In this document: one piece after another, positions 20,901 through 26,100 of the stretch
Layout: each line of letters opens with the position of its first letter
Numbering within the stretch: position 1 is the stretch's first letter
Source: Candidatus Omnitrophota bacterium
GTDB lineage: Bacteria; Omnitrophota; Gorgyraeia; 2-01-FULL-45-10
Assembly (NCBI GenBank): GCA_017993955.1
Contig: JAGOLR010000002.1
Coordinates: forward strand, 26-64,025
Direction: 5' to 3'
Length of the DNA stretch: 64,000 bases
Program-made: the position numbers and the translations under genes
The notes under the pieces: generated by a model
What the model saw: only the letters and a program-made list of their open reading frames with translations
Told to the model about the DNA's origin: nothing
The model's database searches: none

Positions 20901-22859
20901 CTGGGGCCATATCTTCTCCGTGGAGCGGGAGTAAGCTAAAAGCGACCGCAAAGCGCGGTCCACAAATGCCGGGCTCTTAGGCGTAAAACCTTCTACGGGG
21001 CGGTTACCGTGTTCTTCCTTGAAGGCCTTATAGAACTCGCGGTAATTTTTGGACCACAGCCCGACAAGCCTGTTAAGCTCTTCCGCTTTCGCCTTCTCGT
21101 CGCGTATATCCTTTGCCGCCTCATACAAGGCCCTGGTAAAATCCCCGGAGTAAGAGTCGAACTTCTCTTCTTCGGTCTTTGACGGATCCTGGGCGAAATA
21201 CGCCCTTGTAGCTATATGGTACTGCCCGGTCTTGAGGAGTTTTTCGTAAGGCTTCTTCTTGTTTGTCAATATAGCTATGTAAGGACGCTCGCCCTTAGAG
21301 GGGTCGAACTTCGGCAGCATAACAAGATAGGAGCATCTCCTGTCGCGCAATAGACCGGTAAGTCCGCTCGTATGGTATCCGCCGGTTATAAGACATGCGG
21401 CCCGGGCTCCTTCAGAGTTCATCCGGCGTATAGTATTCTCGACCATGACCCTATTGCGCTCTTCGGCTGTAGTGTAGAAACTTATGGCCGCGGGAAGGGC
21501 GTCAAATATATTCTTTATAGATGCCGGATCTTCTATGCCAAGACCTGTTTTGCGGGAAACCTTTTCTAAAATGGCCGTAAACGCCGCGGGGTTTAGGGAT
21601 CGGCTGATTTTTATAAGTTCGGAAAATTCGTCATTACCCAATTGGAGACTGAAGAGACCGCCGGCGTATTCCATAAAACGCATGCATAGATCCAGCGCCT
21701 TCTCATCGTCATTCCTATAGAGCTTATTCTTTATCGCCGCGGAATAGTCCCGCAATTGGTTTGGTATGGAAGGGATGTCTATCTTTTCGTATTCCGAGAT
21801 ATACTCCGCATACTTGCAGAAAGAGGAGAATCTGTAAGGGTCGACGCCGTTCTTCTCGGCGGTGGACTTAAGATATGCGTGAAAATCTCCCGATGATATC
21901 CCGCCCTTCTTGAATTCCATGATGGACGAGACAAAAACCTCGAGCTCATTTTTAGTAAGTCTATCTGTTATGGCCGATATTATCGCCTTACGTTCGTCGT
22001 TTGCTTTTTCGAAATCTATAGACTTTTCCTGGTGGGTCAGAAAGGCGAGTTTTTTCAGATCCTTGTAAGGTTCGAGATCCATCCCTGCCTTGGCCGCTAT
22101 CGGACTTAATACGGACCATAGATGCTTGAACGGGATCTTACCGTCTTTATAGAGCGAGACATTCCCGTCCAATGCCTTGAGATCCTCCGAGTAAAGCCTA
22201 GCTGCCATATTCTTCAGAAGTCTCGTCGTACCTTCTATGTCGGCTCCTACCGTCTCAGCCTTTTCGCATACGCTACGGAGTTCCTCGACATTCCTTTTAT
22301 AAAGCTCGTCCTCTTCTATGCCGTAAAGCGCTATGGGTTTTTCGGAAGTTATGGAGAAGAACTCGCCAGCGGACATCCTGCCCTCTTTCATAAGGTTCCG
22401 GGCGGTGTTATCGCGGACTTTGGCGTCTGGGAATGTTTTAAGTAGAGACGTATCGATATAACCGCTCGTCCCTTCTACGGCCACTACCTTGATGTCGTAG
22501 TTTTTGACGAGCGTATCCAGGATAGACGATATAGATTCCTGGGCGCCTAGATAGGCGTGGGCGTCTTGGATGTTTATGATCGTTTTTCGTTCATCGTTTA
22601 TCGTTGATCGTTCATCGTGAGACCAGGATTCGCGGATATCGGCAAGACTCTTTGGAATGTTAATGGAAGCGTTTACATTATTGGGTCTAAAAAAGGCTTT
22701 GTTATCTATACTTTGAGGATTTTCCGACGAGCTTGTGGGTTTTGAGACAGGCGTAACGGCGTCCTGCGCCCAAAGGATATCCTGGTTCACAAAAGTCACG
22801 ACGAGAATAGCCGCGACTATTTTGACCCAGATATGATTTTTAAAACTAAGTATGCTCAT
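5952..22859 (-). CDS. giant (5635 aa) signal-peptide-bearing multi-enzyme fusion protein: conserved N-terminal module, glycogen synthase (GT5), 2x HD-like, 2x cupin-like, GHMP kinase, alpha-glucan phosphorylase (GT35), PEP-utilising enzyme domains, HExxH motifs, 2 internal TM segments
   Basis: Uninterrupted 16.9-kb ORF from ATG 22859-22857 to TAG 5954-5952. N-terminus [33 protein letters not shown] is signal-like. Domain motifs were read in frame; coordinates were checked by back-translating EASGTSGMK at 12147-12173. Confidence 0.9.
   Translation of the reverse strand: [5635 protein letters not shown]
8160..9197 (-). other. PEP-utilising enzyme domains (phospho-histidine swivel domain plus PEP/pyruvate-binding TIM barrel; PPDK/PEP synthase/EI-like)
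   Basis: GNSRSHWVI (compare GGRTSHAAI); [12 protein letters not shown] (compare GIGLxRTEhmF); [12 protein letters not shown] (compare MIEvP); [13 protein letters not shown] (compare FFSIGTNDLTQ). Confidence 0.7.
11790..13802 (-). other. alpha-glucan (glycogen/maltodextrin) phosphorylase domain, GT35
   Basis: [10 protein letters not shown]...[47 protein letters not shown]; PLP-lysine motif [14 protein letters not shown], back-translated at 12147-12173. Confidence 0.85.
14760..15722 (-). other. GHMP sugar kinase domain
   Basis: ATP-binding motif [15 protein letters not shown] (compare PxGSGLGSSAA) and motif 3 [13 protein letters not shown] (compare KLxGAGGGG). Confidence 0.7.
16770..17627 (-). 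other. HD-domain-like module, copy 2
   Basis: [20 protein letters not shown]...[12 protein letters not shown]. Shares [11 protein letters not shown](E/G)RL and RPELxRY blocks with copy 1. Confidence 0.45.
18540..19367 (-). other. HD-domain-like module, copy 1 (H...HD metal-dependent phosphohydrolase signature)
   Basis: [22 protein letters not shown]...[11 protein letters not shown]. The module is internally duplicated; see copy 2. Confidence 0.45.
19410..20858 (-). other. glycogen/starch synthase domain (GlgA-like, GT5)
   Basis: N-terminal motif [20 protein letters not shown] (compare E/KTGGLxDV). C-terminal motif [36 protein letters not shown] (compare PSRFEPCGLxQ...GxxP.V.xTGGLxDTV). Confidence 0.85.
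22260..22577 (-). other. conserved N-terminal module shared with gene 1 (unassigned fold)
   Basis: [16 protein letters not shown]...[22 protein letters not shown]...[15 protein letters not shown] aligns with gene 1 IHIQDAHCNYEAQTNI...KLVSVEGADGIVDTSWFKAFPD...EFLSITTDYPIKLFG (nt about 5049-5381). Confidence 0.55.
22580..22621. repeat. imperfect heptanucleotide tandem repeat (TCGTTNN x6) inside the 5' end of gene 2
   Basis: tcgtttt tcgttca tcgttta tcgttga tcgttca tcgtgag. Encodes [15 protein letters not shown] on the minus strand. Confidence 0.6.
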
Positions 22860-22895
22860 TTATTCTGGCTTTTTGTTTTCCTATATAATGAATAA

Positions 22896-22923
22896 ATAAT
22901 ACACTATAAAAACTGTAAGTCAA
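22896..22923 (-). promoter_or_regulatory. putative sigma70-like promoter for gene 2 (-35 TTGACT at 22918-22923, -10 TATTAT at 22896-22901, minus-strand reading)
   Basis: Same conserved block as upstream of gene 1: gtcaatcttaaaaatatgacttttttat versus gtcaatccatataaactgacttttttaa. Confidence 0.3.
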
Positions 22924-22972
22924 TCTTAAAAATATGACTTTTTTATATCTTAATTCACACCTCGTCATTGCG

Positions 22973-23108
22973 AGGAGCCGGTGCGTTTTTCGCTCTGTGA
23001 TATCTACTTACGTCATTGCGAGGAGCCATCGTTTTTTCGTCAGGCGATATCCCCCCGTCATTGCGAGGAGGCTGACTATCTCGCGTTGGCCGACGAAGCA
23101 ATCTCTCT
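22973..23108. repeat. repeat element cluster, copy 2: three CGTCATTGCGAGGAG half-sites plus one CGACGAAGCAATCTCTC half-site, abutting the stop codon of gene 3
   Basis: cgtcattgcgaggag at 22973, 23021 and 23057; cgacgaagcaatctctc at 23090-23106, 3 nt before the TAA (23110-23112). Confidence 0.8.
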
Positions 23109-23109
23109 T

Positions 23110-26100
23110 TTACGCTGACGCCAGAGTCGTCTTCCTGCCCTCATTGATCTTCTTCAGGTCGTCGTACTTCTCCACTATCGCCGACGGAGTCACGATGAGT
23201 ATCCTGCGGACTGCGTCCGATCTATCGTTATCCACCATCGGTATATTAGGAAGCTCCCCGCTCGCCGCGAAGTCCACCGCCGTCAAAAGCAGATGCGTGA
23301 TATCCACGTCTATTTGGCTGTCGAGAGACTCGCCGTATTTCTCATAAGCCGCAAGGAGTCGAGACGGATTTATACCTATAAGATACGCCCTGGCCTCGCT
23401 GTCTGTACTGCGTAATGGAGCGAACGCGGAGGACTTCTCGATAGATTCCTGAGACGCTATCGCAACGACATTCGAAAGGCTCGTTCCGGTTACGTCCACT
23501 CTGAGCTTCAGCTCGCGCGCCACATCATTATCGCTCCCCGTTATTATCTCCACATCCCCGAGGCCCCAAGATGTCATCTTTCTATATATGATCGACTTCA
23601 TCTCGTTAAGGAATCGGTTCGTCATATTACGCTGTAGAGACCCCATCTCATCATAGGCCGGTATCCAGCCGGTGCCTATACCGACCAGGAACTTCTCTTT
23701 CCGTTGTTTAGCGTTTCTGGTTTGAGCTATCAAAGATGAGAAGACACCGTTTGCCTCTATTTCATCCAGGCCTTCCATCAATTCCTCCATAGCACGCGCT
23801 GCGTCCTCGGATAGGCCTGCCTTGGCTTTCTGGCTGGCGCCGGTTATTACCTCGCTTATCCTATGCATTACCTCGGCCGTGGAACCGGTACTTTCTATCT
23901 TTCCGGATGTCACATCCCCGCCCTGCCCCATGGCGTTAACAACGTCGGCCAAACCATTTGCCTTCTTTACCATTTTGGCACGGACATTATTCACGTATGA
24001 TTCTATCTCCGCAAAAAGACCGGAATTGTCCTGACTTAACGGCTCGGATTCTCCGGTAGCTCTTTTTTGATTTTGAATGTTTCGAAGAATTTCGGCAGGA
24101 TCTCCGGACTTTGCGCTATTACTGCCCCCGTCAGTCCAGCTAAACGTTTCTATCGCGGGGAAAGAATCCATAGAGGCGAAGTAACTCAACTCTATATCCT
24201 GCATGACAAATTCATCCTCCGGGATGTCGGCGCGCTCTCTTACTATCCTGTCAAGCTCTTCGGTCATGGCAACATAACTGTCGAACGCCTCGCGACTTTC
24301 AGATATAGGATTTACAAGATACCCCAAAGTAACATGAGCTTTATACCCTCCCGGCTCGCTTATCCCTGTAGCTTCCTCTATTAGAGACCGCAGCCTATTA
24401 ACAATAGCCAGATCTTTCTCGGTCTTTGGCTTCATCCTTACTATGAGAGGGCGCGTCATGCCTGATGGCCTGAAAGCTACCACGCTTTCCGGAACAAATA
24501 CCGGAGCCTTATCCGCAACAAACCCGCGAAGCGCCTCGTAAACACGCTCGGTTACTACTTCGTATGCGGCCTGTTCCCTGGCTTTCTCTTCAGAACGGAA
24601 ACCGCCTTTTTGTATAAGCTCAACAGCGCGTTTATTAATGGCATCTTTAGTCTCTTGATTAAGTTTCTCCCTATACTTACCCGCCCAATCTGACATGCAT
24701 ATTAGGTCGCTTAACGTAATATGTTCAGAACCTGAAGCCACCGTAGCTATGAATCCTCTTCCGTTTTCTTTAGGCCAATTATTAATTACACCTGTAAGTT
24801 CTCTGAAAAGCGGATAGTTTCTTTTAGGGTGGCTTGATATTACCGTAACTCCCTCGAAAAATACAGGTTTACCGTCAGGGCTGTATTTTTTATGCGCCTT
24901 TTGTATATCGCCACGAAAAGGACCCTTGGCCTCTTCAGCTTCGGGATATACGGGTCTCATAGAGATATTTTTCTCCTGCGACGATACACCATTTACCGCC
25001 TGCGTCATCATCCCGTCTTCCGCTCTTCTTATCTCTGTGGATTGTTCCGAATTACTCCTGTGATGCAGGAATACATAGACTATCATACCGGCTACGATCA
25101 ATGCCATCGCTGCGGGAAACCAATATGAATATAGGAAGTCGAACATAGCGCTGTTAAATTCGAACTGTGCTTTTTCTATAGGGAAAGAAAACCCTTCCGT
25201 AAATGCCGGCCCGGCGAGGGTCATGGCTAGAATCAATATACCCAAGACACCTTTAAGCGTACTCTGTTTGGGCGCCGTTATGGGCCTATATAGATTGCGC
25301 CAACCCTCGGGAGACGCAGCCCTCAAGCCAAGCTCCGATTGACTACTGCCCGGCTGGGATCCCACCCCTATTTCGGTCGCATCTACATACCCGGATATAT
25401 CACCCTTCTCGCCCGGCGCTGCGGCAAGATCCCTCGTAACAACAGGCAGTCTCGGACGATGTGGAGTCCTGTTAAATATATCGCGGGCAAATACGTCTTT
25501 TTCCTGCAATTTATCGAAATATCTCCTGATCCTCTCTGCGCACTCCGTATCCACACCGTCTCCCGGGACCGGACCCAATATTGCAGATAATCCCGCCTTT
25601 AACTCGCCTACGACGCGCTGTCTTGAACCGAAAGAAACCGCTTCCGCCAAGGACCTCCATTCTTCGTCGCCGTACCAACGCACCCGGCGGTCCACTCCAG
25701 GCACATCCATGGGATGCCCGGACACGTTCAACAGATATACAAGATCCCTCAAAAGCATAGGCGCCTTGAATAAATCCTCCCATTCGACATTAGCGCCCTT
25801 ATAATACATGAGGTCGCGAAGGTTGATGAGCGAAAGAAGGTTATCGCGCGCATTCTCGGAGCCGTCGCGGGCTATATATTTACCTTCTTTATCTTTCAGT
25901 ATATCCGCCACCTTTACCAAAGAGACCTTCTTTACGGCTCCGTCGTCCCCGATTATAACGGCACCGCCGCGTTCTGTCGATTCCAGCGCTCCGCTCACGC
26001 CTGCCTTGTTAGTGGACCCGGGATCGGCCTTGACTATCAAGCCTCCCGCGAAACTATCTATGACCTCTTCTTCGGTACTGCTCTTATGCCCTACGATTAT

